DNA of 64,000 bases from Octopus sinensis (taxonomy: Eukaryota): contig NC_042999.1 in NCBI RefSeq assembly GCF_006345805.1, positions 13,888,001 to 13,952,000 on the forward strand, given 5' to 3'. Positions 1 to 12,637 of this stretch are shown one piece after another. The notes beneath the pieces are model-generated. The model searched no databases. It was not told where the DNA came from and worked only from the letters and a program-made list of their open reading frames with translations. The translations under genes were made by a program, and so were the position numbers. Numbering within the stretch: position 1 is the stretch's first letter; every line of letters starts with the position of its first letter.

Positions 1-60
1 AAAGCAAAAAAATATTACATATACATAAAATCACAAAGTGTTAAAGTATATATATCCTAT

Positions 61-1018
61 CATCATCATCATCATCATCGTTTAACATCCACTTTCCATG
101 CTAGCATGGGTTGGACGATTTGACTGAGGACTGGCGAACCAGAAGGCTGCACCAGGCTCCAATCTTGATCTGGAAGAGCTTCTACAGCTGGATGCCCTTC
201 TTAACGCCAATCACTCTGAGAGTGTAGTGGGTGCTTTTCGTGACACTGGCACGAGAGCCAGTCTTGCGGTACTGGCAACGGCCACGCTCAAATGGTGATT
301 TTTTACATGCCACCTGCACAGGAGCCAGTCCAGCGGCACTGGCAACAACCTTGCTCCAATGTTTTTTCACGTGCCAGGAAGGCAACGCTGGTAACAATCA
401 TGCTCGAATGGTGCTTTTTACGTGCCACCGGCATAGAAGCTAGTTTGCTGCTCTGGCAGTGATCACACTCGGATGGTGCTCTTAGTGCTCCACTAGCACG
501 AATGCCAGTCTTCAGATTTGATTTCGATTTCACTTGCCTCAACAGGTCTTCGCAAGCATAGTTTAGTGTCCAATGAAGGAAAGGTACGCATAAATGGGCT
601 AGTTACACCCTGGCATAGGCCACGAGGTTTTGGTCTCATTTGGCTTGCCAGGTCTTCTCAAGCACAGCATATTTCCAAAAGTCTCGGTCACTAGTCATTG
701 CCTCAGTGAGGCCTAATGTTCAAAGGTTGTGCTTCACCACTTCATCCCAGGTCTTCCTAGGTCTACCTCTTCCACAGGTTCCCTCAACGGCTAGGGTGCA
801 GCACTTTTCACGCAGCTATCTTCATCCATTATCACCACATGACCATACCAATGCAGTCGTCTCTCTTGCACACCACATCTGATGCTTCTTAGGTCCAACT
901 TTTCTCTCAAGGTACTAACACTATGTTGAGTATGCACACTGACATTACACATCCATTGGATCATACTAGCTTCATTCCTTGCGAGCTTACGCATGTCCTC
1001 AGCAGTCATGGTCCATGT

Positions 1019-1020
<2 letters not shown>
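61..1020 (-). mobile_element. RTE-clade LINE, 5'-truncated (ORF C-terminus, 3' UTR and (GAT)n tail)
   Basis: Minus ORF 791-1009 contains VQERRLHWYGHV (RTE C-terminal RRL.W.GHV motif). The 3' UTR has aggaagggcatccagctgtag and tandem ~55-bp units, and (CAT)n lies at 61-79 on +. Confidence 0.8.
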
Positions 1021-1053
<33 letters not shown>

Positions 1054-1310
1054 CAACAAGAATAATATTTGTCTCTTATTATAGAAACAAAATGGTTTAT
1101 AGGACTGCAAAAGAAGTGCTCAAATATAAATGAGACGAAGATAAAAAAGCATTAGCTATAGAACATTAATTTTGGGTCAACGACTTTACATACAAAACCA
1201 CCCTTCAAACATTTAATCATATATAAAAAAACACCATGGTCTACAAACACATAAAAAAAGCAAAATAATATTACATATACATAAAATCACAGAATGTCAA
1301 AATATATCCT

Positions 1311-1492
1311 ATCATCATCATCGTCGTTTAACGTCCACTTTCCATGCTGGCATGGGTTGGACAGTTTGACTGAGGACTGGCGAACCAGATGACTGCACCG
1401 GACTCCAATCTGATCTGGCAGAGTTTCTACAGCTGGATGCCCTTCCTAACGCCAATCTCTCCGAGGGTGTAGTGGGTACTTTTACATGCCAC
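1311..1492 (-). mobile_element. RTE LINE 3' end (duplicate of 61-245)
   Basis: Same 3' UTR and (CAT)n tail, and the same unique flank as positions 1-60. Confidence 0.75.
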
Positions 1493-1504
1493 TATATATA
1501 TATA

Positions 1505-1900
1505 GGCACAGGAGTGGCTGTGTGGTAAGTAGCTTGTTTACCAACCACATGGTTCCGGGTTCAGACCCACTGGTGGCACCTTGGGCAAGTGTCTTCTACT
1601 ATAGCCTCGGGCCGACCAAAGCCCTGTGAGTGGATTTGGTAGACGGAAACTGAAAGAAGCCCGTCGTATATATGTATATATATATGAGTGTGTGTGTGTC
1701 TGTGTTTGTCCCCCTAGTATTGCTTGACAACCGATGCTGGTGTTTTTATGTCCCCGTTACTTAGCGGTTCGGCAAAAGAGACCGATAGAATAAGTACTGG
1801 GCTTACAAAAGAATAAGTCCTAGGATCGAGTTGCTCGATTAAAGGCGGTGCTCCAGCATGGCCGCAGTCAAATGACTGAACAAGTAAAAGAGTAAAAGAG
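1505..1900 (+). mobile_element. tRNA-derived SINE family 1, full length
   Basis: A box tggctgtgtgg, B box ggttcagaccc, CORE-like ccttgggcaagt, internal (TA)n(TG)n and (gtaaaaga)n tail; flanked by (TA)n; many copies in the window. Confidence 0.9.
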
Positions 1901-2295
1901 TATATATATATACATACGCATCCATTTCCAAGTAAGTTAATCTTAACCCCTTCCCCGGCAACTTTTTTGGTAGAAAACCTTTCATTTTCAGACAAATTTT
2001 CTTATTGCTTTTTTTTAATAGTATTTTTTATGCTGTTTATGGAAATAACTTTTGTTTTTATCTATTTCCTATATTTTACCTGAAATTTTATTTTGGAGAT
2101 ACTATTTTCGACAAAAACAAGATAACTCATCATCCCATATTTTTTTCATATTTTTTGTTATTTACTGCTTTTTTTCCCAACTTTATCATCAAAAATAAAG
2201 AATTACTCATTTATTTTACATTTTTTTAACATGTCTTCTCAAAAATCTTTTTCTTTATATATTTATTTTTCTGAGCTTTGACATCTATCTATCTA

Positions 2296-2332
<37 letters not shown>

Positions 2333-2334
<2 letters not shown>

Positions 2335-2550
2335 CTCTTTACTCTTTTACTCTTTTACTTGTTTCAGTCATTTGACTGTGGCCATGCTGGAGCACCGCCT
2401 TTACTCGAGCAAATCGACCCCGGGACTTATTCTTTTTAAGCCTAGTACTTATTCTATCGGTCTCTTTTGCCGAACCGCTAAGTGACGGGGACATAAACAC
2501 ACCAGCATCAGTTGTCAAGCAATGCTAGGGGGACAAACACAGACACACAA

Positions 2551-2585
<35 letters not shown>

Positions 2586-2762
2586 CATATATACATATAC
2601 GACAGGCTTCTTTCAGTTTCTGTCTACCAAATCCACTCACAAGGCATTGGTCGTCCCGAGGCTATAGCAGAAGACACTTCCCCAAGATGCCACGCAGTGG
2701 GACTGAACCCTGAACCATGTGGCTGGTAAGCAAGCTATTTACCACACAGCCACTCCTGCGCC
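2333..2762 (-). mobile_element. SINE family 1, full length
   Basis: Reverse complement of 1505-1900; inserted in (TA)n. Confidence 0.9.
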
Positions 2763-2772
2763 TATATATATA

Positions 2773-2922
2773 TGATTGATTGATTGATTCTAGTTTCAGC
2801 TCACGAGCTGTGGCCATGCTGGGGCACCGCCATTTGGTGTTGCTACATGGTTTTACTTCACGAATGCTTTTTAGCAACTGCCATTTGGTGCATGAGAGAG
2901 TTCGATGCAGCTGCCCTCATCT
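2773..2922 (-). mobile_element. CR1/L2-type LINE extreme 3' end
   Basis: Minus strand encodes QMRAAASNSLMHQ (compare QRRTASSDSLLHQ near 39265), then ggcggtgccccagcatggccacagc and an (aatc)n tail. A shorter copy lies at about 2955-3000. Confidence 0.6.
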
Positions 2923-3420
2923 GTATATATATATATATATTATATTTCATATATTTTATCTAGTTTCAGCTTACGAACTGTGGCCATCCTGGGGCACTGG
3001 GTGTAATTTGTAAAAAGAGAAACAAAAAAAGAAGACAAGAAATGCCGAATATTGATCTATAAACTCGTCTGTGGCTGTTTTTGAAATTATATATTTCGGA
3101 CAAATTTACTTGTCGTACCCTGCAAAAGATAAATTGGGTGAAGATGAGTTAACTTGTCTTTGCCAGGTAAGGGGTGAAAGAAGAAAAATAACTATTGTTT
3201 ATTGACTTCTGTGGGACAATATGTGCCCAGTCAGACAATCTGTTGCTTTTCTGGACTGAAGACAATGTAATTATTATGAAGGCAATGTCTGTGGGAACCA
3301 CAAAATGTGCAACAGGCTTTTGAGATCCATTCCTATTGTATAGAGAGTATCCAGCAGATGTTCATTGAATCAATCAGTCTTCCAAACAAACTTATCTTTC
3401 TTATCTCACTACCATCCACT

Positions 3421-4312
3421 CACTTCTTTCTTTCTTTCTTTTTTCTTTCTTTCTTTTTTTACTTTCTTTCTTTCTTTCTTTCTTTTTTCTTTCTTTCTTT
3501 TTTTCTTTCTTTCTTTCTTTCTTTTTTCTTACTTTCTTTCTTTCTTTCCTTCTTTCTTTTTTTCTTTCTTACTTTCTTTTTTTCCTTCTTTCTTTCTTTT
3601 TTCATTCTTTCCTTCTTTCTCTCTTTCCTTCCTTCTTTCCTTCCATCCTTCCTTCCTTATTTCCTTCTTCCTTTCTACTTTCTACTTTCTTTCTTCCTAC
3701 CTTCCTGCCTTTCTCTCTTTCTTTCCTTCCTTCTTTCCTTTTCATTCTTTCCTTCTTTCTTTCCTTCCTCCCTTCCTTCTTTCCTTCCTTTCTAATTTCT
3801 TTCTTCCTGCCTGCCTTTCTTTCTTTCTTTCTTTCTTTTTATCTTTCTTTCATTCCTTCTTTCTTTCCTTTCTCCCTTTTTCTTTCCTTCCTTTCTAATT
3901 TCTTTCTTCCTGCCTGCCTTTCTTTCTTTCTTTCTTTCTTTTTATCTTTCTTTCATTCCTTCCTTCTTTCCTTTTCATTCTTTCCTTCTTTCTTTCTTTT
4001 TATCTTTCTTTCATTCCTTCTTTCTTTCCTTCCTCCCTTTTTCTTTCCTTCCTTTCTAATTTCTTTCTTTCTTTCTTTCTTTTTATCTTTCTTTCATTCC
4101 TTCCTTCTTTCCTTTTCATTCTTTCCTTCCTTTCTAATTTCTTTCTTCCTGCCTGCCTGCCTTTCTTTCTTTCTTTCTTTTTATCTTTCTTTTTATCTTT
4201 CTTTCATTCCTTCCTTCTTTCCTTTTCATTCTTTCCTTTTTTCTTTCCTTCCTCCCTTTTTCTTTCCTTCCTTTCTAATTTCTTTCTTCCTGCCTGCCTG
4301 CCTTTCTTTATT

Positions 4313-4347
<35 letters not shown>

Positions 4348-4503
4348 ATCTTTCTTTCATTCCTTCCTTCTTTCCTTTTCATTCTTTCCTTCCTTCCTTC
4401 CTTCCATCTTTCCTTCCTTTCTACTTTCTTTCTTCTTTACTTCCTTCCTTTCTTTCTCTCTCTCTCTCTCTTTCCTTCTCTCTCCCTTTCTCTCTTCCTC
4501 TCT
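3421..4503. repeat. About 1.1-kb polypyrimidine (CTTT/CCTT)n tract with higher-order repeats
   Basis: Almost no purines on +; tctaatttctttct recurs near 3791, 3894, 4055, 4132 and 4274. Confidence 0.95.
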
Positions 4504-4933
4504 ACAACTCACTCCCACACACAATCTGGCCATTTATATTACCTGTCACTACATTCTATGCCACTAACATATTTCTTTTTTTTTTGGTCATGATCCACAG
4601 ACACTCATCAATCCATTAGATTCCTCTCTGCCAGAAACCATATACGAAACCCCTTCCCTTATCCATTCCATTACCGCACACAAAATACATTTCTCGAAAT
4701 CCTTCACATTTTTCATTCATTTCTTTTATCTCCTCTCTTTGACAAAGAACTTCTTGTATGAATGCTGACATCTCTTCGTTTCTCCTTCTGCTAATTTTGC
4801 TTTCCAGATTTTTCAATAAAAAATTATCCAGCTGCTTTGATGTGTGTGTGTGTGTGTGTGTCTGTGTGTCTGTGTGTGTGTGGGTGGAGAGATAGAGAGA
4901 GATAGAGAGAGAGATCACTATAAATATATAGAT

Positions 4934-5207
4934 TCTTTTATTCTTTTATTTGTTCCAGCCATTTGACCGTGGCCATGCTGGAGCACCACCTTTAGTCGAA
5001 CAAATCGACCTCAGGACTTATTCTTTGTAAGACTAGTACTTATTCTATTAGTCTCTTTTGCTGAACTACTAAGTTACGGAGATGTAGACACACCACCATT
5101 GGATGTCAAGCGATGGTGCGGGACAAACGCAGACACACATTTTGTGAAATTTGATTTAGTATTTTTAAATTGAATTTTTCCCTGTAAGTTTGGAATAATA
5201 TTCCCTC

Positions 5208-5259
<52 letters not shown>

Positions 5260-5480
5260 TATGTCTGTATATGTTTGTGTATCTGTGTTTGTGCCCACAC
5301 TGTCGCTTGACAACCAATGTTGTTGTGTTTATACCCCTATAACTTAGCAGTTTGGCAAAAGAAACCAATAGAATAAGTACTAGGCTTATAAAGAATAAGT
5401 CTTAGGGACGAATTATTCGACAAAAGGTAGTGCTCCAGCATGGCTGCACTCAAGTGACTGAAACGAATAAAAAAAAGAAT
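4934..5480. mobile_element. Two SINE family 1 3' halves in opposite orientation (4934-5138 minus, ~5272-5480 plus)
   Basis: Both match the 3' half of 1505-1900. Between them lie a short piece (5140-5212) resembling 58590-58668 and a (TA)n tract. Confidence 0.75.
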
Positions 5481-6442
5481 ATATATATATCATATATATA
5501 ATTAATATATATATGTAATATATATATATGAATATATGTAGTTACACATGTCTATATATATCTATGTGTATCTATATATATATGTATGTATTTATATGTG
5601 AAGCCTAATCGTGTTTATCTGTGTCACTATCTCCATTTTAGCTTACCTGGATTTCTCTTACAGCCACTCTTGACGCTGTGGACCTAGTCCTAGATAACGA
5701 ATTCGGTGTTTAAGTTCATTTCATTTGAGAACTACTACGTGTTTTCTATACACCCCATATCTAGCTCTCACCTATTGCCTGAGCAAACACACACACACAC
5801 ACATACACACACACACATATTTGGAATTAGTTCAGAACATATTACTCTGACTTCCATATATACCCCAGAGAATATTCATAGTGAATTGGGTGAGATCCCT
5901 AATGCCACAGGCTTAAAATTATCCAATACCACATGACTCATGGGGTTGTTTTATATGAATAATGTGATTCTAGAATCTTCTATTTTCATGACATGTTTCA
6001 TGATGACAGTGTCAATACTTCATGTTTACAAACAACATTAAACGAATCAAATGTTTTTATATTATTCAGACCCTTCCAAAGACTATCAGAGTTCATAGTC
6101 CAGTGCATTTTTTATCTCATTTGTAACTGTGTCATAATATATTTTTTCAATAAATAAATCTTCATTGAAGATAATAATTGTGAAAAAGTATATCTTTGAA
6201 TGAAGCCATGAATTGGCATAATTTTTGTTATTTTCATTATCACCTGTAATGGCCTGTGATTGGCTCAAAAACAGATTTTTATTTTGTTGTATACCTGACA
6301 GGGGTTAAGTTGTTTCAAAGCGTGTAAAAGTTATTTGTGGGACATTCTTGTTCAGTTAAGCTTGAGTTCAGTCAGCTGTCATGCATGAGCGATTATGGCC
6401 TAGTAACATGGATTATGTTTTTTATCATTTGTGTTTGAATAA

Positions 6443-6665
6443 GGTGGTAAGCTGGCAGAACATTACCTTTCTAGACAAATTGCTTAGAGGCCTCTCTTCT
6501 GGGTTTTTATATTCTGAGTTCAAATCCTGCCATGGTCAACTTTGCTTATGAACCCTCCAAGGATGGGGCTGGAGGTTGATAAAATAATGTACCAGTCAAA
6601 TAATAGGGTTGATAGTATTGACTAACATCCCCACCTCTAAATTGTTCCAAAATCAAAAACAATTA
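6443..6665 (+). mobile_element. SINE family 2, degenerate (tail type B)
   Basis: ggtggtaagctggcagaa head, B box gagttcaaatcc, gataaaataatgtaccag, and a (TTA)n tail. Confidence 0.7.
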
Positions 6666-6805
6666 TTATTATTATTATTATTATATTATTATTATTATGT
6701 ATGTTGTTGTTTTGTCTTATACAAACCATTCCAAGTCTCACCCAGAAACCTCAACTATCAGCAAGTTGGACACTTTACTATGATTGTTACATATGATTAG
6801 CAATA

Positions 6806-7172
6806 GGTACAGGAGTGGCTGTGTGGTAAGTAGCTTGCTTACCAACCACATGGTTCCGAGTTCATTCCCCCTGCATGGCACCTTGGGCAAGTGTCTTCTA
6901 CTATAGCCTTGTGACGGAAACTGAAAGAAGCCTGTCGTATATATGAATATATGTATGTGTGTGTGTGTGTGTGTGTTTGTTCCCCTAACATCGCTTGACA
7001 ACTGATACTGGTGTGTTTACGTCCCCGTAACTTAGCGGTTCGGCAAAAAGAGGCCGATAGAATAAGTACTAGGCTTACAAAGAATAAGTTCTGGGGTCGA
7101 TTTGCTCGACTAAAGGCAGTGCTACAGCATGGCCACAGTCAAATGACTGAAACAAGTAAAAGAGTAAAAGAG
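6806..7172 (+). mobile_element. SINE family 1 with small internal deletion
   Basis: A and B boxes, internal microsatellite and tail as in 1505-1900. Confidence 0.88.
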
Positions 7173-7319
7173 CAATGATTATTTTTATTATATGAAAACT
7201 CACAGCTGATTTGGAGGCGGGGGTGAAGTCAATAAAATAAGTTCCCTCCCCTGAACTTGCTGGCTCTGTGCCAAACTTTGAAACCATTGTTGTTGTTATT
7301 ATCATTATTATTATTGAAG

Positions 7320-7480
7320 ACGGTGAGCTGGCAGAACCATTAACACACTGGACGATATGCTTAGTGGTATTTTGCTCGTTGCTATGTTCTGAGTTCAAAT
7401 TCCACCGAGGTCAGTTTTGCCTTTCATCCTTTCAGGGTCAATAAATTAAGTACCAGTGAAACACAGAGGTTGATGTAATT
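7320..7480 (+). mobile_element. SINE family 2, 3'-truncated
   Basis: ggtgagctggcagaa ... gagttcaaattccaccgagg ... gcctttcatcctttc. Confidence 0.8.
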
Positions 7481-8520
7481 GACTAAACCTTTCATATCCC
7501 ACCAAACAGATAACGACACCTTACATGGGTGAAGACCTTCTTTAGCCTTGGGTGCCGGTGTTTCTCCTTTCCCTACCCACTGTCTTTGGCACTTGACATT
7601 ATTATAGAGAACCCATTTCTCATTACAAGTCACTATTCAGTTCAAAAGAATTTCAGTTGTGAGATGCGATAGCAAAAGAAAAGCATACATTCACTCTCTG
7701 CACACAATTAGACATGGAAAGTTTGTGAAGAACACATTGACCCAATTTGCCGACCTTTCCGGTGGCACACAGGTTTTAATGAATGGTTCAGTGACCAAAT
7801 CCAAGCTTCTCTGCTAGTTCCTCAACAGTTACAATGGGATTTTGTTCCACCAGAGTTTGCAGGACATCCTCATCGAGCTCTACAGATCTTCCAGGATGAG
7901 GCTTGTCTTCTAGACTGTAGTTTCAAGGCTTGGAATTTCTGGAACCACCATAGAAACTCATTGTTTGATCCCCATAGACTATATTATTTGCCATATTCTG
8001 AACGCCTTACTTCCCTGGGCATGGATACATTGAAACTCCGACGTCTAGCAGCTGACTTGGTAGACACCCATAAAATTATTAACCATCTTACTAACAAAAG
8101 CTCTAAGCACCTTTTCAAACTCCACCTGTCTAACACCCGTGGACATGTTTACAAAGTCAGAAAACAGCACAGCTCCCATGACTTTTGGAAACATTTTTTC
8201 ACGCTAAGAGTTGCTGAAGCATGGAACAAACTGCCAGCATCAGTTGTTAGTTGTCGGAGCGCTGCATCCTTCAAAACTTCCATGCTTCCTGAGATTCACC
8301 AACACTACACCTGATTTTCTCTCCTCCATACACACGCAAGCATGTATCTGTCTCATACACTGTTCACTTCCCAGACATTTGTACATTACTGCGTATGCTT
8401 TATACTCACTTTTGACAAGTTGTTGTGCACCTGAGCAGTGTGTACAATAATTTCATTATTATTATTATACCTCACACTTTCCATTATGTTATCACCTTTA
8501 TTGAACTCATAAAGCAAGGT
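7481..8520 (-). mobile_element. mariner-family transposase remnant interrupted by a CR1 fragment
   Basis: Minus-strand TCNEKWVLYNN...LHPCKVSLSVWWDMKG (mariner TxDEKW and WWD motifs); the N-terminal LLYEFNKG lies at about 8470-8520. Confidence 0.75.
7960..8468 (+). mobile_element. CR1-clade LINE 3' fragment
   Basis: ORF 7961-8314 reads YSERL..LG...LKLRR...TRGH...FFTLRVAEAWNKLP, followed by a (TTA)n tail. Confidence 0.85.
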
Positions 8521-8832
8521 AACAATAACTGTTAAAATCCCAAAAGACACAGCGTTTGGTTATTAGATGTTATTCTTCCAAAACATCTCAACTGCTATTT
8601 CTCCATTTTCTGAATTTTAATTTGAATATTTATAAACCAAGATTTATACTTCAACCTGTTATTCTAGGAATATTGCTATTCACAAAAAAATACGAGGCAA
8701 CAAAGCAGTAATTCACTGGACATTTTTATCCCTTAATGGTGCTATTTTAACCTCTCTCCCTCTCTCTATATATATATATGTGTATGTGTGTGTGTATATA
8801 CACATACACACATAACAGGCTTCCAGCCAATT

Positions 8833-9230
8833 TCATCATCATCATCATCATCATAATCACTGTTTAATGTCCGTTTTCCATGCTAGCATGGGTTGGATGG
8901 TTCAACTGGGGTCTGGGGAGCCAGGAGGCTGCACCAGGCTCCAGTCTGATCTGGCAATATTTCTACAGCTGGAAGCCCTTCCTAACGCCAACCACTCCGT
9001 GACTGTAGTGGGTGCTTTTTATGTGCCACTGGCACAGGGGCCAGGGGAGGCTGGCAACAGCCACAATCGGTTAGTGCTTTTTACGTGCCACCGGTACGGA
9101 AGCCAGTCAAGGCGGCACTGGCATCGGCCACGTTCGGATGGTGCTCTTTACGTGCCGCTGGCACGGGTATCACAACTACAATTTCCATTTGATATTTATT
9201 TTGATGTTGATGTACTTAACTCAATAGGTC
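8833..9230 (-). mobile_element. RTE LINE 3' UTR
   Basis: (CAT)n, ttccatgctagcatgggttgga and tandem ggtgcttttacgtgccac units. Confidence 0.8.
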
Positions 9231-9929
9231 TTTCCATCTACCAAATTCTTTTGCAAATTGTAATAGAAGACGTTTGGCCAAGGTACCGCACGGTTGAATT
9301 GAACTCGAAATCATGTGGATGGAAAACAAGCTTCTTAACCACAGAGCCATACCTGAACCTACGAAAGAGGATTGGAAAAACCACATAAGAGATAGGTTTA
9401 GTGATTGTCATGCTAATGCATATCAATAAGAGATAGTTTCAGCTCGGTATAAAACACGAGTAAATAAAGTCAATGCAGTTATTGTCTTCTGGAATAGAAA
9501 GTAACATGACATTATCGGTCGTTGTCAAGATGGATAGCCTTGCTCTAGCTTCAGGTAATTGAAGATTGTCAAAGAGAAAATTGATATATATTGAAAGGGA
9601 TAAGTTAAACAACACTTGTTACACCAAGAGATATCGATGAGAAAAATATAGCTTGATATGGGTGGAATGTAAGTACATTATATGCATGTGATATATATTT
9701 GGTAAAGATAAAAAAGAAAAAAAATTGTATTTTTCTTTCGTTATGTAATTCTTGCTTGTGCAGCATACTCTCCGTTATGTGAATTCGGTAAAGTGTTTAC
9801 TCTGGATAATTGCATAAGAACTTCAGTCGCTGAGGCTATGCAATTAAGCAGAATCAACAGCACTAATGACTGTCGAGAATTTTAAAACCATGTTCTGTTA
9901 ATGAAGTTCCCGTGTGTGTGTGTCTGCAT

Positions 9930-9976
<47 letters not shown>

Positions 9977-10009
9977 ATAATATATATATATATTATATAT
10001 ATGTATATA

Positions 10010-10104
<95 letters not shown>

Positions 10105-10246
10105 CAGGCATATATATATAGATAATTATATATACATAGATACATACATACATACATATATATATGTATATATGTGTGTGTGTGTATCTCCATTTATCTA
10201 TATGTCTATGTATGAATGTATGTATCTCTTTCTCTCTCTCTATCTA

Positions 10247-10298
<52 letters not shown>

Positions 10299-10314
10299 GT
10301 CTATCTATCTATCT

Positions 10315-10363
<49 letters not shown>

Positions 10364-10999
10364 TTATCTGTTTATCTCTCTGTATGTATGTATATGTGTA
10401 TGTATGTACATTCATACGTATGTCCATATATCAGCCTGTGCATATATATATGTTTGTACATTCATATATATGTCCATATGTCAGTCTGTAATCATGTATA
10501 TCAATCTATATATATATATAGAGTGAGAGAGAAAGAGAAAGTAAGAGGGGTAGGGAGAGGTAGGAAAATGAGTGTGATAAAGTCGCAAGAGTTATCCAAA
10601 GCATAGAAAGTGTACAGTGGTCCTCTATCATACAGGGTCACTGTCCTCCACTGCCTTTGATCACTGTCTTCCACACAGAGGAATTATAAATTATGGCCAC
10701 TAATTTCATGATACAATCCTTAATTCTGTTCTTTACAGAAATTCTTGCAAATTTGACCAAACAAAAACCCCAGATCATTATGTGCATGTCTGTGTGTAGG
10801 TGTAATTTTGGGGACTTTTAGAAATAGTACATATTTGGCATTGGTTTCTTGTCTCTTGCCACTACAGTTGTACTCAACTTTTACATGTGCTACATTTTCT
10901 TTATTCAAGATAGAAGACAGTAGCATAAAAAATAATGATAGAGGGATTGTTAAAATTGATGCTATACAAAGGTTTAAACTTTAAACCTTTGGATGGGTC

Positions 11000-11895
11000 C
11001 AGGGATGGGCAACTTTTCTCCAACTGCAGGCTGCATCATACCTATTTCTTTATTACCCACAAGGGGCTAAACACAGAGCGAACAAGCAAGGACAGACATA
11101 GGTATTAAGTCGATTACATCGACCCCAGTGCGTAACTGGTACTTAATTTATCGACCCCGAAAGGATGAAAGGCAAAGTCGATCTCGGCGGAATTTGAACT
11201 CACAACGTAACGCAGACGAAATACCTATTTCTTTATTACCCACAAGGGGCTAAACATAGAGGGGACAAACAAGGACAGACATAGGTATTAAGTCGATTAC
11301 ATCGACTCCAGTGCGTAACTGGTACTTAATTTATCGACCCCGAAAGGATGAAAGGCAAAGTCGACATCGGCGGAATTTGAACTCACAACGTAATGCAGAC
11401 GAAATACCACTAAGCATTTCGCCCGGCGTGCTAACAGTTCTGCCAGCTCGCCACATCATACCATTTTCAAGTAGGAGAGGGTTGCATGATAAAACACATA
11501 TGCATGGAATATTACTTGCCCAATTTACACTGAATTTTTTGCAGTTCTTCTTAATTTTATTTGTCTTAGTATGAAAGTTTACATTAAGCTGGCATCTCTT
11601 TCATTATTTCCTAATGATAATTATGATGATTACTAGTGAAAATAAATTATAGCTTGAAATACTGAGGTAAAAAAAAAAAAGAAAGAAAATTCATTGATAT
11701 TTTATTAAAGAACAAATCTCATTATCTGTATCATTGAGATTTTTGCACTTTCACATTCTTTACCATATTTTCAACATTAGGAAGAATTTGAGATGTTGTT
11801 AGCCTTAGGTTATGCTGCAGATTAGTAACCTAGAAACTAATAAGGGCCACACATCATGTTCAGGGCTGCATGTGGCCCACAATCCGCATTAAAGG
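11000..11895. mobile_element. Possible old hAT (Charlie-like) non-autonomous element
   Basis: Starts cagggatgggcaac, with gggccaca/gtggccca subterminal motifs near 11845-11880; the right TIR is not clear. Confidence 0.3.
11043..11453 (-). mobile_element. SINE family 2 dimer (tail type A) with 9-bp TSD
   Basis: One full and one headless unit in tandem, flanked by catcatacc at 11034-11042 and 11454-11462. Confidence 0.85.
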
Positions 11896-11921
11896 TTATG
11901 CTTCTACAATACACAAATATT

Positions 11922-12583
11922 TACTCTTTTATTCTTTTACTTGTTTCACTCATTTGACTGTGGCCATGCTGGAGCACTGCCGTAAAGGGTTTTAGTCGAA
12001 CAAATCGACCCCCAGGACTTATTGTTCGTAAGCCTAGTACTTATTTCATGGGTCTCTTTTGCCAAACTGCTAAATTACAGAGATGCGTGGCTTAGTGGTT
12101 AGGGTGTCAGCATCATGATCGTAAGATTGTGGTTTCGATTCCTGGACTGGACGATGCATTGTGTTCTTGAGCAAAACACTTCATTTCACATTGCTCCAGT
12201 TCACTCAACTGGCAAAAATGAGTAATGCTGTGATGGACTGGCATCCCGTCCAAGTGGGGAACACATATGCCATAGAAACCGGGAAACTGGGCCTATGAGC
12301 CTGGCTAGGCTTTAAAAAGGATGCATTTATTTTATAATTAAATGCACCAAAACTGGTTGTCAAGCAGTGGTAGGGGACAAACACAGACATAAAGACACAC
12401 AGACAGACATATACATATGTATGTATATACAACGGACTTCATTCAGTTTTCGTCTACCACATCCACTCACAAGGCTTTGGTTGGCTCAAAGCTATAGTAG
12501 GAGACACTTGCCCAAGGTGCCACGCAGTGGGACTGAACTCGGAATCATGTGGTTGGGAAGCAAACTTCTCACCAAATGGTCAT
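11922..12583 (-). mobile_element. SINE family 1 interrupted by SINE family 3
   Basis: Family 1 sequence stops at about 12081 and resumes at about 12339. Confidence 0.8.
12082..12335 (+). mobile_element. tRNA-derived SINE family 3
   Basis: A box tggcttagtgg, B box ggtttcgattcc, and body tgtgttcttgagcaaaacactt ... gatggactggcatcccgtcc ... tagaaaccggg. Confidence 0.75.
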
Positions 12584-12637
12584 GAAAGTTCACCTGAGTA
12601 AAATAGAAATCTAAGAAATGGCTGAGAAACACTAGTT

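Larger units (their letters stand above)
1943..3178. mobile_element. piggyBac-like non-autonomous element with nested insertions
   Basis: Left end ttaa-ccccttccccggcaa and right end ttgccaggtaagggg-tgaa form an imperfect TIR with a TTAA-type TSD. Confidence 0.5.

Noticed and set aside
1505-1580. SINE heads as tRNA genes
   Set aside because: A and B boxes are present, but the cloverleaf is incomplete and continues into the SINE body.
3307-3898. Long F/S/L-rich ORFs, and the many YI, HT, CV, poly-I, poly-T and poly-P ORFs elsewhere
   Set aside because: They are translations of simple repeats, with no protein-like complexity.
8867-9388. 173-aa ORF with LQLDALPNANHS-type peptide recurring across the window
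   Set aside because: It is an antisense reading of the RTE 3' UTR repeat, not a gene family.
9440-9560. Possible exon ending cag|gtaatt
   Set aside because: No open frame runs between the candidate acceptor and donor with a recognisable product.
10720-10975. Possible exon or transmembrane-like peptide (YIFGIGFLSLATTVVLNFY)
   Set aside because: In-frame stops lie just upstream, there is no coherent splice pair, and no homology is recognised.
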